NCBI GenBank assembly: GCA_000934665.2
Contig: KZ538962.1
Location: 1-38,568 of the forward strand
Length of the DNA: 38,568 nucleotides
Source: Catajapyx aquilonaris
Lineage: Eukaryota
Reading direction: 5' to 3'
Below the pieces are notes generated by a model, which worked only from the letters and a program-made list of their open reading frames with translations, searched no databases and had not been told where the DNA came from. The position numbers and the translations under genes were made by a program. Below are positions 1-14,462 of this stretch, in pieces; the first letter of the stretch is position 1; each line of letters starts with the position of its first letter.

Positions 1-394
1 TAGGAAGGATGGTACAGTACATGTAGAATTGCACACTTCTCATCCATCAATGTATACAACTGTCAGTATTAACTGTACGTAAGTGTATGCCGCGGCTGGG
101 ATTAATTTCATTTGTGGTTCATAATTTCATGTCATATTATGCAGAAGATTATTTGGATAATCCTTATAATGACATCATCAGAAATGCACAATTTTATGAC
201 GATCAAAGGAAAATATTATAAAAGGATGTTGTTATGAAAGGAATCAGCTGCAGCATATTTTAATACTGTGAATGTATTTACTCAATGTATGTCAATTAGT
301 ATTGCAAATAAATGATTATTGCCAAATGCATACGTTTATTTATACAGGTGTGTATTGAACTACCAAAGAATTCACCCAATGCATAATTATAGTC

Positions 395-657
395 TATTAA
401 TGCACTTAAATGAATAAAGTGACTTTATTCACCTGTCCCAGTTTCAAGTTGGCAAGTGAATTAATATATTCACATTGACGCATAAGTTTATTTACTAAAT
501 GAATAGAGTGACATTATTCACTTGTCCAATGTGGTGAATTTAAAAATGCACTCAATGCATATATTAATGCATTTGAAATGAATAAAGTGAAATTATTCAC
601 CTGTCCCAGTTTCAAGTTGGTAAGTGAATAAAATTATGCACTCCAGGTTTTCAGTGC
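395..657. repeat. Degenerate ~85-bp tandem repeats ending in TTTTCAGTG; probable right end of a CACTG-terminus (CACTA-like) element
   Basis: Three copies of AATGAATA(A/G)AGTGA..TTATTCAC(C/T)TGTCC. No matching left terminus identified. Confidence 0.5.
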
Positions 658-2963
658 AGGTGTTAATTGAGCTTAGATCTTAACTAGAGTATCAATTTAC
701 TCCAAAATATATCTTACCTTCTTTGTCTCACCTCAGTGGCCAAATCTGCTGAAAGGAACATGGCTGATATCAAATCATCGATCTCTCCCTTTCCTTTCTG
801 ATTCCATTATAGTTACTTTTCCAGTGGCCGGTCATCGAAAGTTTATGGTCTCTACGGCTCGTCAGATTCAATAAGTTCCAATACAGCGCAGTTGACGACC
901 TAAGAAATGCGTTGGGCAGAACAAGCTATAATGGCAGACCTATTCTATACGTGAGATAAAAGCAAAGGTTACACGAGGATATTGCGTAGTCGCAAAGCAA
1001 ACCTTCACAAAACTTTACGATAGACTACTACAGTCGTAATCCAGAACTTGATGTACTCGTAGAACAAGTTGTGTTGTTACTGAATAACTATTTCGCATGT
1101 TATTAGCATTTATTATTAGATGATTCCCAGTTTTTATACTGATTCAATATTGATAACCGATAAGCAATAGGCACCAACTTTCCAAAATTTGGCAAAAAAT
1201 AGGCATCGAAGCGACATCCGACGGTGAAGTGCAGAAGTAAGCGAGTCGCCACCGAGGAGGTGGCGCCTGGCGCCCGGAACGGCGGAAATGGGAATTCCGT
1301 GGAATCGAGTTTTTTTTTGCGTTTTTTGATATTTACAATGCCCGTCGGCACCGTTTCGAAAAAACAAAAGTGGTTTGCAAATATAGAAAAAAACAGGCAA
1401 AATTTGGGCACCGCTCCCAAAGCTGTAGGCCGTACGGTGCGGGAGGAGTTTCTATGACAGTCGGCTTTTAATAATATAGATTAGATGATTTCGAAAGCAT
1501 GACGGCACAATGTGACACAAATCGACCATTTCAGAGAGGAATATAATAGCCAGAAATGCGAATAATTGGTAATAACTGGTCAAAAGTGACATGCCCCTCA
1601 TCACGACATCACAAAGCCACCAATTGCAAGGGAGGACATGTTTCGTCTTTGCAACATGAATGATCCCAGGAGCATACGTATACATGTTGTTTGCAACGTC
1701 ACTCACCGTAAAATTGGGTCGCGTGCAGGATGTTTGTTGCGGATATCGGCGACAAATTGTTAAATGCACTTTAAAAGCCCACTTTTCGGGCATTGAGGAT
1801 CATCACAGTCAGAGCACAGGAAGAGCATATTTGGTCCTGCATGCCTAACATTGCGATCTATGTAGCGGGGAGGCGACTGATTGGCAGCCATTGCTCTCGA
1901 GGTGGCTTCGCTAGATGTACTGTATATGTATACTGTACAGTAGGGTGATAATTACACTTTGTGCGTATATACGTATGATGGAAAACTCCCTCAATTATTA
2001 GGAAAACCTGTAGACTATTTTCCATAAAGCCGAATATAATCAGCTAATATCTTTTGATAACTCCTATAGGTAACTGTTTCAAAGAAACTACTTAAATAAG
2101 CAGCTTGGTGCCAATATATCAATCACCACAAGGGGATATTCAAGGTGAAATAAAGTTTGTACACTTTTTAATTGAATGAAATTTCGAAGTTAATTAGGGG
2201 GAAAGTATTGATTTTTATAGGTGTTCAACATATAAGTTCAATGAAGCATTTATGTGCTCTTTATTTTTCATAACATACCGGTACGTAGGCTACTGAACAT
2301 TCACATACAGTTCAAGTTCATTGTGACAATCGAGGGCAAAGTGTGCCTGCCCTCTTCCTCCACCATAATGAGGCAAGTCGTACAATGGCATTTTTTATCC
2401 ATGATGACACTGAACTCAAGTTCTGATGAATGGTTGTTCATCACCCATTCTTCCTTTTTTGGAGACTTCAAGTTCCATCAAAATTGATCAAGCGTGACGG
2501 GAGTTATGCGCTTTGGTGATATTTGGTGCTTGATGACTAAATAAATATTATGTAATGTACGGGAAGATAATGTCAATTGCTGAAATTTACTCAGACAAAA
2601 TAATAATATTTTTTTTTTAAAAAAAATTTTTAGATAAGTAAATTAAATCTTAACAATTCCCTCAGAAGCCTGGGATATACTACTTGTGCTTGCCCCGGGG
2701 CAAATAGTTCATCCTCCGGTGACGTGGGTAAATGTCCTTGGCACACGAATCTTGCATGAAGATCATATAATTGAGCAACTCCATGACGCCTCCCCTTTCT
2801 GCTCCAGAATGTCATTGTCAGACTCGTCAATTAGCAGTCTGCGTCAAGTGACCTGTCCATGGCCAAGGCCAACTCTAAACGGATTAAAGACAGCCTGTCT
2901 CTCGGATAGGTAGAAAATGCAAACCAGATCCAGCATGAATTCCGAAAGTACCGGTAATATTGA

Positions 2964-3222
2964 CAGGGTGTTCCAAGTTTGTGTGGCCTTTTATAATACC
3001 GTAGTTATAATTATAGGAAATTTCGCTCAAAGCTGTATAATTTTTTTGTAACTTGTTGTGCCCCGATCCAGCAGGTGCCCTATTCTATAGCCGCTGCTAC
3101 ATTCTACCACCTGATAGTATTGCGGAACCTGGATCTGGGCACAACAAGCTACACATAAATAATTACTTCGGACTATATATCAGTGATAACAAAGAACAAC
3201 CCACGAACTTGGAACACCCTCG
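2964..3222. mobile_element. Tc1/mariner-type MITE with a nested ~105-bp hairpin (3048-3152)
   Basis: TIR CAGGGTGTTCCAAGTT...AACTTGGAACACCCT; inner inverted repeat CTTGTTGTGCCC.GATCCAG. Confidence 0.65.
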
Positions 3223-4651
3223 TATAATAATATTTTTAAAAGTTTCGACTTATGTCACCAATGTTGTCGATATAAATATAGCAACAAGGTGCCATCGGTC
3301 CAAGCTGGAAAAATTTGAATATATATACGACATACAGTAGGTGTGGCTGCGTACAGGTGTATTACATCGCTCAAAATGATGGAGACACTTTTGCATTTGG
3401 CATCACTGCAAAATCGTATCCTACACTTACTGGAGGAGTGAGTAACCTCTCAACTAACCTCTCATCTCAATTGAAACACCATGTAATCTCAATAGGATTT
3501 GGCTAAATTATTCTCATAACTGGAAAACGTGCCCCTTTTAAGAAAATTGCAGGTGCCTGCACAGAACCATGTTCTAAGTAGAAATCCTCTCTACTTATGA
3601 ACGTTTTTAATATTAGAAAGTACCTCTGATTACTCTCGTAACTTCCTCGTCAAACTGATTGCTCATTGGCCCTTGATATCCTGAATGTATATACCCCTCT
3701 CCATGTTAAGCGTGTTGAGCAAGAAATGAATGCAATTGTTCGAAAATAAGCCGAGTCGAGGAGGTCCAATTCCGCTCACCCAACGGCAGAAGTGAAATCC
3801 ATCGTTCCAACTGCGAAAAAAAAACTCAATTTGCCTGATTGTTTTGCGCATCTGCGATTCAGTATGAAAACGAAATGAGGTGGCGCGAGTCACCTCGGTC
3901 CAGTATAATCCGGACGAATTTCATCTCCGGTTTGCCTTTACATTGATTTCTCCAGTAAAGTTAGGCCTAGAAATCTCTCTGGGTTCTGTCGGCAGATGCT
4001 ATGCGACCGCCATTATCCCAGAAGATAGGCGACCACCTGTAGGACTTATAGGCGGGACCATATTTACCCAGACCCTTGATGCCAACCTGGCAGAGCTTTG
4101 CCTTACGCCGTCATTACGGATTAGCCTCAGGCATTGAACGGAACTCGGATTAGATCCTATAGGAAGAGGAAAAACTTTTTATCTCTTTCTAGCTCCTTCA
4201 CCCAACATGGCCTCTACGACGGAAAATTTGAAATAGGTGAATAAACTGGAGAATAGGGGTCGGCAACCGAATTCTAAAGCCACAGCCCTTTTCATTACAG
4301 GGCTATAGAAAAATCATCAAATTGAAAATACCATTATTGTATGTTCACCTCAACGAATATAAGTTGGAGGCTGCCTCGCATTTTCTAGGAAGTCAACATT
4401 ACTATTTTCTAAACTATGGGGTCCTAGCCTACTTTTGGCAAACCCATGCAAAAAATCGTCCTTATTTTTAAACGAATTTTGATGTTTTTTTCTGTTTGAA
4501 TCAATAAATATTAGCTGTCGAGCTGTAATCGATCTAAGATCATAATAATTATACAATATAAATTCACCCCGTTATCAGCCTATCGGCTCTTTATAGGGGG
4601 GAAGTTTTTTGTTTTGCCTGGAACTCTTTGCTTTCATTTTACTGCGCTTTT

Positions 4652-4840
4652 TGGGATAGGATAGGGACGGAATGAAGCGGCTGTGGCCTATTATTTACGG
4701 AAGCAACTCCGGAATTTTCCTAGAAGGACCGTGGGAAACCACAGAAAACCACGGTCAGAGTTGCCGGCCCCGGGATTCGAACCCAGGACCTCCCCGGTTA
4801 GCAGTCGGACGCCTTATCCACTATGCCAACCTGCTTCGGT
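4652..4840 (-). mobile_element. tRNA-derived SINE family A, 3'-truncated copy
   Basis: A box TGGCATAGTGG and B box GGTTCGAATCC on the - strand; similar to copies at 17193 and 27314. Confidence 0.88.
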
Positions 4841-7800
4841 ATAATTATACAGTATCGTATTGCCGTCTGACGTCACTGTTGCCCAAAGATCAACAAAAGA
4901 TCGGTGCAGAGCGTGGTGCAGAGGCAGGAATGCACCCGGGTTGTTTTGTTCCTTTGTTTGTTGCCTAACAACGGAATCGAACGACCGCAAGTAAATTCGA
5001 ATAGAACGGAACCGCCAGTAAAATAAGCCAAATCGAACGACCGCGAGGCAACTGCCTTCTGACGTCACTGTTGTCCGAGGCCACTCCCCCGTTTTTCCCG
5101 CCAATTTGCGAGTGACTTTTAAACCCCCAATAATTTAACAAGGAATGACATTTTGGTGGCGAAAAGTGGTAACAGGTTGTAGAAACAATATGTTACTCTC
5201 TACAGTTCACTCTAATTCCTTGCTCTGATCTGTTCAAATAAGCTTCACTTTTGTTATGCACTTCAGTCAATATTAGCACAACATTAATTTTGTACTACCG
5301 TAATTATCAGACAAAGAATTCTACTGTCGATGTATAACATTTCGATAAAAATGACCGTGCTCTGAATTGCTTTTTTAATTGTCTTCTATTCAGTATTGGA
5401 TTGTGATGGACACAAACGGATTCAGATCCAGCTGATGACCTTGTTGCAAAATCGGTGGATTCGTGCTAAGTGAATTTGCACCGCCCTTCGAAAGTGGTTA
5501 ACTGGGTAAAACACCGTAACAAGAGGCACACCACTCCGCTTCAGTTGAAATTTTGGGGGCAAGAGAAAATTCGCAATTGAATTTTCAATTACCGGAATTG
5601 TGCCTGGAGCGTCAGCCGGAAATCTGCATACGCACCGCTATAAATTGGGCGGAAAAAGTATTGAGAAAATGAATGTTCATATTACGGCCTTTGGACTTTT
5701 TCCATTGTACAGTTTGCGGGATGTTTATGAAGCAGGGCTGTGGCTACTATTTTCCCGTATTACGTATTAAGCACCTCAAGTCCTCTATAGTGTGTTATGT
5801 TACATGGCAATCATGATAAGCCTCACATATCTATTGATTTTGATTAGCTATCCTAATTGAAATCTTTGGCCTACACATGAGTATTACCTGCTCTCCAAAG
5901 CGACCAATCACATCATAGCAGTGTTTTTCTTACAGGCTCCGTCATAGTTCAATCACATTTACCATTTTTATGCGTTGTAACTAGCATGCATCCTGAGCAG
6001 TTGTCCGGTTTGAAATGTGGTTACAAATGGTGCGGTTCGTTTAGTTCAGCCTAGTAAAATAAGCCAAGGGAAATTTTACTATATGTAACGAATGGTGCAA
6101 CGCAATTTCTTGCTAATGAAGCACTCTGCTGTAAAATACACCACATGTTTCAACCGTTTCAATATTATTGGTATAGTTGCAATATGCGAATGATCCTTCC
6201 CAAGGAATCATACATATTGTTGGGGAAAAAATACCTCTGACAATATGTAACATTTCAATGCCTGTAGGGGAGGGGACACTGACGCTCTGATACACGTGGC
6301 ATACTAGTGTGTATGTGAAGTGAGCAATAAGCATACCTCGCCATCAGAGTTCTGCCACATAATACAGACAACAGAACGATGTTGCCATCAGGGGATGCAA
6401 CAAAGGGACAATGTGCAGAGAGGCTACTCCAAAGGTGGTGGGGTTTGGTTGCATGGTAACCGTTGCCTGGCAAGTTTGCTTTGGGGGATACAGACAGAGA
6501 GACAAAGGTTATTACAGTACAGAGTACCGAGTACAATATGCCTTTCGGTATATCCGGTACAATAGCCTGGTCGATCCATTTTCTTGCAGTTTTTCAAGCA
6601 GTTTTAAAATGTTGATTCGCTTCAGTAAATGCAGATCCCAACAGGCTGCATAAAGGTAAAACCTTGAGCATAATTATTATCTTCTGTGTTGCCTTGTCAT
6701 TTTGACGACACACACACAGAGCATTCCAAAGGACCATTAGGATACACTCAAAAATTATCTGCAATTTTTTTACCTGTCCGATAGACTATGCTGGATAGGT
6801 ACAGGGTACAAGGCACTTTCCAAAACCATGACGCACTCACGGCTAAACATATTAGGCCCGTTCTCGCAGGTGATTAATTTATAGTCCAATTTGCACACTA
6901 AGCCTTGTTTACATCATTTCACTGGCACTGCACAAAATAATGTACCTGTCTGGCCAGCGTAAATATTGTCACGCTTTTCGGCCACGAGTGCAAGCCTGGG
7001 GGGTAACGCAACTGTTACCACCGGATCAACTTGATGGAAACATTCGGACCCATGCTATTGTTGAGAGCCGGATTATATAGTCCTTGTTCGCGCACCGTAA
7101 CAACCTATCGACCTGAATAATATTGTGTTGGCCAAGTGCGTTGTTGTTGCAAGTCCTACCACAATGCTAGCTCTAGCTTTACGTCGGTCCATCATCCATG
7201 GTCACACGACTGCCAAAAGAACAGCATCGGGTATAAGACCTGGTCTTAAGTCCGTCCAGCTGCTCCGGGCGCTCGGTCACAATAGGCTTTGTCTGCTTCT
7301 CTCGCGCGGACAGCCAGCGACAATCGTCACGTTGGAGATTGTGGACAATCCGTTGCAAACCGAGAATGGCAGGGGCAGAGGGCGTGCGCAATTTGACCAA
7401 GGTCAAGGCCCATCGATCACACCCAAAAACCTACGTCGACGTCACCAGGCCATATGGGCATACAAAAGTAATGCTACCCGTATTTCGTCCCACATACCCA
7501 CACGTGCTATGACGGCCCGAGGGACAACTGCCGTTCGCAAATATTCGCGACAGTCGACTGTAAGCGTCAACATTTCACGCCAGATGTTATCAGCCGAAGT
7601 TCCCTTTCAGTGGCATCAAAAAGCCAAAAAGGGGGGCATCGCTTTGAAATGGTGGACTGGGCTTGATAAAAGAGGGAATGGACTAGCCACAATGTGTCTG
7701 TATACGTTGTGCAGTATGAAATGACATTGCTTGTGGGAGATGGAGGGGGGACACAGGGGATTGAACTGTGGTTTCTGAAAGTTATCCCTCGACGAGGGAT

Positions 7801-8376
7801 AGACCATTGGCCTGAACGAGCTGAATTTCAAATGGAAAACCAATCACATAAAGAGCTGGGGGTGTTTTTTGTAGATTGAAAAAGGTAGGTTTGGTGCTCA
7901 TTTCTTTTATCTACTGTCGCCTCGGACACGTGTATCGGCAGCGTTGCTTTATAGTTTTGGGCATGCCCTTTTTTTAAAATACAAAAAGGCCGTGATATTT
8001 AATCTCTCAGCATTCGTTGCATTTGATTACATGAATAAGCACTGAGCGAAATTTGTCAATAATTACATTCAACTGTACACTCGCAGCCTGTACTGTATTC
8101 CATTAAAACCGCTTTCCCTTTGATAAGTCATCCTGCACTAACTTAACTTAAACATAATAATTATATAATATTAAAATGACTAAGTTGCACAGCAAAGTCA
8201 ACCGCATTTGGGCTGCAATTTCAAATAATTAACTCTCCACAGTTTATGAAAAAATGAAAAATGTGGGATGTATAATAACACACCTACACACATGTAACTG
8301 AACTGACCCAATAATATGAGAACCTGTCATAATAATGTCACATTCCGGCTTCAGGGAGAAAAGTCATGAGCTGACC

Positions 8377-8676
8377 CAGTGGCGGATCCAGGGGGGCGGA
8401 GGGGGAGGGGGGCGACCGCTCGCCGCGAAACCTATAGGCTATTAACCAGAAATCTGCAAAAATTACTAATTCATGATTTTTTGGAAAGAGTGCTACCAAT
8501 TTTATCAAATACACACTCATTCAAATCTCCCATATTCACCTAAGCTCGTGTGACCTTGAACCCAAAAATTTTCCGCCATTTACGGCTTATGCCCCCCCCC
8601 CCCCGAAATTTTTCTGCCTACTCCCCTGTATTTGCGCTCATTAAAAAACCCATATGAGATACANGATCCGCCACTG
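8377..8676. mobile_element. hAT-type MITE
   Basis: TIR CAGTGGCGGATC...GATCCGCCACTG with perfect 8-bp TSD AGCTGACC (8369-8376, 8677-8684). Confidence 0.92.
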
Positions 8677-10157
8677 AGCTGACCTAAGGCAGACCTTTCC
8701 TTAGTTGATTCCCACCAATTACATCATGATTACTACACAATGACAGATGGTGTTTACTTAGCACACTTGCTGCTCCTATAAACTTCAATCCATATGGAAG
8801 CACCTAAAGGATTCGGTTTTCTTACCACAAATTATGACGAAAACTCGAGATTTGAGATCCATCTTTTTGTTAACATGGATACTTGTGCAAGATTGACACC
8901 CTCCTGAGAGGTAAAAACCCAGTTGAGGCAAGGTAATGCAGAAGGCCTTTTATACCTTCCATGAAAATAGGGAATCTTTCCTCTCTCTGAAGACTTGCAA
9001 GCAAAAGAAACGTTGAAGGAGGAAGCATCCTCCTCCCCCCCCCCTCTCATCCATTCAGTTCCGTTTTCAAGTGGTCGTATCCTTCAGATATCCGAGTCTA
9101 AGCCTTCGCGAAATTGGCCAGCAGCAACGACAGATACGCTCGCAGTTTATGTAACGTTCGGAAAAATCGACTCAGTTTAGTTATACTCAGGATAGCTCAC
9201 TGTTATGGAGGTTGTTTGGCAGATTGGAAGACAGGCATTTTTAAAGCAGGGGGGGGGGGGTTCAAGATAAATCTTCTTACTTATATTACATAACCTGTAG
9301 TTACTTGTGATATTCCAGACTCATGCGTATGTAAATGAAAAAATGCAAATGGCGTCTTATACATGCCTACCTTGTTATAATAATTAGAAAAACAACAGGT
9401 TTCGTGTATGAGAATAGCCTTTCGGTAATAATATTCATGAACCGCACCTTTAGAAGAGCTATTGCGCGAAAGGGAATCGCAAGCACTTTCTCACCACCGA
9501 ACAACCAGTTTGAATAATTTGTTTCCAGTTGTCGTGAGATTCTGAGCTAAAACTGATTTGCCAGAGTGCCATGTTCTTGGGGACATCTGATATTTATATC
9601 CAACATTATGACTTTCTAAATAATTAAACTCTATACTGTGTATAGGAGCCAAAATCAATAAGCACGGAATTCGTTTCCCATTCCCTAGTGACACATTGAT
9701 ATGTGATATTGAACCAGTTTTGTGCAACTGTGGCAGCATCAAAGCCAAATAACTCATCAAACTGAAGTTACAGGAACTCACTGGAGGTTAAAGAACTGCC
9801 ATAAAAGGGGATGTATTGTACAGTACAGTCTGAAAATAAGACGAAATTGTTTGCCATCATCGATTATTACACTTCTCTAAAGATACAATGCACATTGTAT
9901 TTCAAACAAAGAAAGGACTATGCAGAAAGCATACTGTAAATAGCTTCTACAGTATGCAAAGGCGTACAGCTTTTAGGAGAGTGTATATGCCTCTGACATT
10001 CCAATTTTTCCTGACATCCTTTCATGTTAAGTCATGTTAAGCATGCGTGACTATTTTGCAAAACCTTGGATTTCATATGACAAACATTGTAATACAGTGC
10101 AGACTTTGCAAAACCGTTTAAAATATTATTGTTTGAGATAATATGCACATTTAATGG

Positions 10158-10440
10158 GGAGGTGCGGTGGCCGAGATGGTAACGTCTCGGCTTACTGGGT
10201 TAGAGGTCCCAGGTTCGATCTCCGCCTGGGAGCTCCCTTTCACCTGCGTCGGCGAGGGTCTCTGAACCTCACCTTGGAGGTGTCTAGCAACCTAACCTCC
10301 TGGGGGACTGCACATGACCCACACATAATGACAACGCACTTGCACCCGTGTCCCCTTCCCAAAAATCCCTATCGGAAGAATACACCCGTACCAAAAAAAT
10401 GTCCCGATATGAATTTCTTTATGGGAATAATCGAATAATT
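10158..10440 (+). mobile_element. tRNA-derived SINE-like element, family B
   Basis: A box TGGCCGAGATGG, B box GGTTCGATC, followed by a non-tRNA body. Single copy here, 3' end approximate. Confidence 0.6.
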
Positions 10441-11391
10441 CCCAGACAACTATTCTTCACCCAAATGCTCGGCGGTCTATTTCTGTAAATATAGTGTTCT
10501 GTGTCACGAGTCTCTACGCAGGGTATCCCTGAATTTAATTCGTTCCGGTTGAAATCCACCACTCCTTATTTAAGTTGGCACCTTGGTTGAAAAATGTTGT
10601 GGACTTCATGCGCGCGCAAAGACTGCGCGACTCTAAGCCATGATTGCCAGCCTGAGCTAGGAATCAACAGGAGATTTCCTGCTTCTTCACTTTGCAATGG
10701 GACAGAAAAGCGCTACGGATTTTACTGTAGATGACAGGCCAAATACATGGAAGGGAATCACGTCTGATACAGTACCCCATCCCACAGAGGCTGAGTAGTA
10801 TTTTGAACCCGAGAATTCCAGAGGTCAGGAGCCGGTTTAGCAAACTGTTGCTATAATTCCCTTAAAAACCACTTTAAAATTACACACATCACTAACGTTT
10901 TGTAAAGAGGGTGAGGAAGGGTTTAGAAAACCATTGAAAGTATACCATTATTTAATTTAGACATTAATATAACAATCATAATTTTTGCCACCGTAATGAG
11001 ATGTTATGGGCCTTCCCCCCAATAATAATAATAATAATAACCGACCACCCCGGAGAGTGACATGTTTAGTCTTACAGTCATGTTACTAATGCTACAATAA
11101 CCGTGACAACTTGGCCGAATCCGGGACAAACAGGGGTTCCGAATGACGTTTGAAAAAATCTGGGACAAAGAGTGAAAAATTTATTAATTCGGGATGTCAT
11201 AGTCATGAACGTGAAACGTCTCAAGCTCAACGTGATTCCATCACGTTTTGCTCTGAACGCGAATTTATCACGTTATGCTCTGAAAGACTAGAGTACTAGA
11301 CTGATAATCGTGCTGATAATATACGAAAATAACACAAATGAACATGAGCATGATGAAAATGTGATTATTTTTACATTTTTATTTTCCGTTA

Positions 11392-11393
<2 letters not shown>

Positions 11394-11448
<55 letters not shown>

Positions 11449-11470
11449 TTCGTCGTCGTCGTCGTCGTCG
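11394..11470. repeat. Compound microsatellite (CAT)18-CTT-(CGT)n
   Basis: Direct reading. Confidence 0.97.
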
Positions 11471-13798
11471 CTATAGGAGGCAGTCAGCGAAGAAGGAACG
11501 CAATGTAACTATAACAACACACAATCATATCGATGAAACTAATAATATATCATAAATAATATAACAAACAAAAACATCCCTTCCTGTTTCTAGACCTACC
11601 CTTAGTAAGGTAAAATTGTGGTTACCAAACGATACCCAAGAGCATTGTCAATATAAATCAATTCGTGAAGAACTGAGTTAATTTTGCATGCTTTGTGACG
11701 GCGAAATTAAATAAAATCACGAATAGCGTACGTGATTTGAGAATCACTCTACAAGTGAACCGTGATTTTTAAATATTAGTGATTTTTAATCGCGACGTGA
11801 TTTTGACCACATCGCTAGTTCATATACAAAATACGTCATCCTTTTTGCAACAATCACTTTAGTCCAAGCAAAAGCTGCCAAGAGGGCGAATTCGCAACAA
11901 TAATGCCATTGTTACATGTTTTAAATTCCATATGGCATGGGAAGTACATTTCGTGAACAATTTCCAATTTTCAAGATTTCACGTAGCATTCTCTCTTTTT
12001 TTGGCTCTCCTGAACAATTATGAAAATGTTGAATTCGTCCTTTTGTCATATTGGCGACGCCATGTTATACTCTGATAAACAAAAATTCTTCAATTGACAA
12101 CTGTTTCATAGATGTGGACGGTAATTTGTATAAAGGTCCAACCTGGCATACCTACTCCTCGCTACCTCCATTTTACTCTATAGAATGTGTTTAGACCCTC
12201 TGCCAAATTCTCCACCTACCCACCACTACCTCAGCCTCACCTCCACATGGTCACCTCTGCATTCTTCCCTTCAGGTCGGGAACATAGTTGTAACCTGACT
12301 CCAAAAAAATGTGCATTCCCAAATTAAGTACAGGATAATGAAACGACCAGTTCAGAACATCAGGATCCATAATACATGCTCAGAAAAGGTCGAGGTGTAT
12401 TAATATTATCACATAATTTGACAGAAAGTCACATGGCGTAGTCAAATTGAGAAAAAAACAATCGTTTATATGAGGCATCTTGGGAAGAGGTATCGCAAAA
12501 ATCAGATTCATAAAAAACGTTTATTCACAACTTAGATGACTAAATTTTGCCTCATTAGCCGCTAATGCCTTTAAGTAACAGCTTAAAATGCGCAACTTGT
12601 TGCCCCAAAAAGTAGCTATAACCACTACAGCCATTTTTTACTTGAAACATTTTCTATGCCTTCCTTCTACTTAATGTTACGTACTTAATGTAACACTTCG
12701 TACTACAGTATCAATGCTTCATTCTACAACCTATTTAATTTCTCATCAAATTAAATGGTTCTGGCACTCCGGCAGGATTGATGTATTGTTATTCAGTAAA
12801 TATTTTTTCTCCGTAAAATACGTATACTGGTATACCATACTGTAACATGCAACACTGAAGCTACCACTTGAATCTGTGTAATCGATCAACGTCAAGGCTG
12901 ACTTTAATAGCGTATGGCTGAAAGATAGCACAAAACATAGAAGCCCCTATACGACTTTTAATACATTAACAAGATTTTAAGAAATAACTACCATCTGAAC
13001 AGTTAGAGAGAGAAAAAGTGTTAAGTGGGACTCTCGTAGAAATCCGCAATCAAGCTGACCTTTGAATGATCCCGTTGCCTGTAAAGTGTGCTTCACATGT
13101 TCTTTCATGCTGTGGCACGACTAGGGCCAGAGGTTCCTACTTCTGTCACAAAGTTTTGCCCTTCTTGGAGGTCATGTGACCCGTGGGGCCCATCAAGTGG
13201 ATTTGCTCTCTAGGCAGTTAAGTTCGCTCCAACCTCGCCTCCCTCATAAACTTGGCCCTTTTCTTCAGAGAGATATGTCTATTTCAGGTCCGAATATTAC
13301 CGCCATCCTTGGTACTGTACCAGGCTTGGCAACAAGTTGCCTGCTGACGGTGCTTGCCAATTTACGGTAGAATGTCTAGGGTCAAAATATTGCAATTTAA
13401 ACTTCAAATAGTCGCTGGAAGGGATTGGAACGTGCATAAAATTTAGTTTTAATTTTTGCAGCAATGGAGAAGCCAAATATTTAAAGTTGAAGCTTATTTT
13501 CGAAAAAAATAACACGTACCGTAATAATTAAAGTGACGAGGTTTCCTATTGCAATGCTGCATACTACACTACGCAGAAAATATCGCACAATTATTGATTT
13601 CATCAAATCACTTTTAGAGAACAACTTGCACCTTTAAAATGAGCTTTATTGTCATAAATAATAAGAGTGAAATTACATTCCAGATAACTCCTGCGAGTCT
13701 TTGAACTGTCAGCGAATTCAAACTGATATTATTTTAATTATATTGATATTACAAAATATTTCAGTGTCCTTACTTCACCGTTATTACAACTCGTTTAA

Positions 13799-14270
13799 AG
13801 AGACGCTCCACTCAAAATACAAGTTGGCCCCCAAAAATCGGGCAAAAAAATACGATTCCAACGACACCAATAATTATTATTTTTTCCGATGAACGATGAC
13901 CCCAGGGGAACCGGATCATTATGCGTATTTTGGCGATACGGTTGCAACCGTATGCTACTGTTCACGACACCCTCGCCGCCTGTCGGCAGGAATGGAAAAT
14001 GGAGCAGGCACAGCTCTGCCCGCGAATTCAAACCTGAACGTATTCGAACCGTATGCAACTGTTCACGACACCTGCGCCACCTATCGGCACTGTGCGCTCT
14101 ACACTTCTCCGGTTTGCCGCGGGATGGTGTTGAATCGCCCTTCTTAGGAGACGACGTGTATGATTTTCCGTGTTACCGTTGGGCGTAGAAAAAAACCGAT
14201 TGCACATTCGGAATCAGGATTTTTTGCCCGATTTTTGGGGACCAACTTGTATTTTGAGTGGAGTGTCCCT
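13799..14270. mobile_element. Kolobok-like non-autonomous DNA transposon
   Basis: TTAA TSD on both sides, AG...CT termini, ~60-bp TIR (CTCCACTCAAAATACAAGTTGG) shared with 34641-35147. Confidence 0.85.
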
Positions 14271-14462
14271 TTAAACATTGAGATGAACTGAAATCGTAAT
14301 TTTCAGTATTTTCTGGCCGTATGCAGTGCAAAGTACCAGCCTTATTCTGCATACATAATGTAATGTGTAAAACAGTGCTCCCCTTTAGGATTTGCATCGC
14401 AAGATTATTTGCCAGTTTATATAACTTTATTATATAACTTTATTATAAAAACAAAAGTGGTG

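Noticed and set aside
1206..1359. Imperfect inverted repeat and overlapping ORFs around 1100-1460
   Set aside because: Too degenerate to define ends or a TSD; the ORFs have no recognisable homology.
7125..7724. 199-aa ORF, the longest in the supplied track
   Set aside because: GTG start, no recognisable domain or exon context; no other frame gave a recognisable protein.
11310..11555. Poly-His/poly-Arg ORF
   Set aside because: Translation of a (CAT)n(CGT)n microsatellite.
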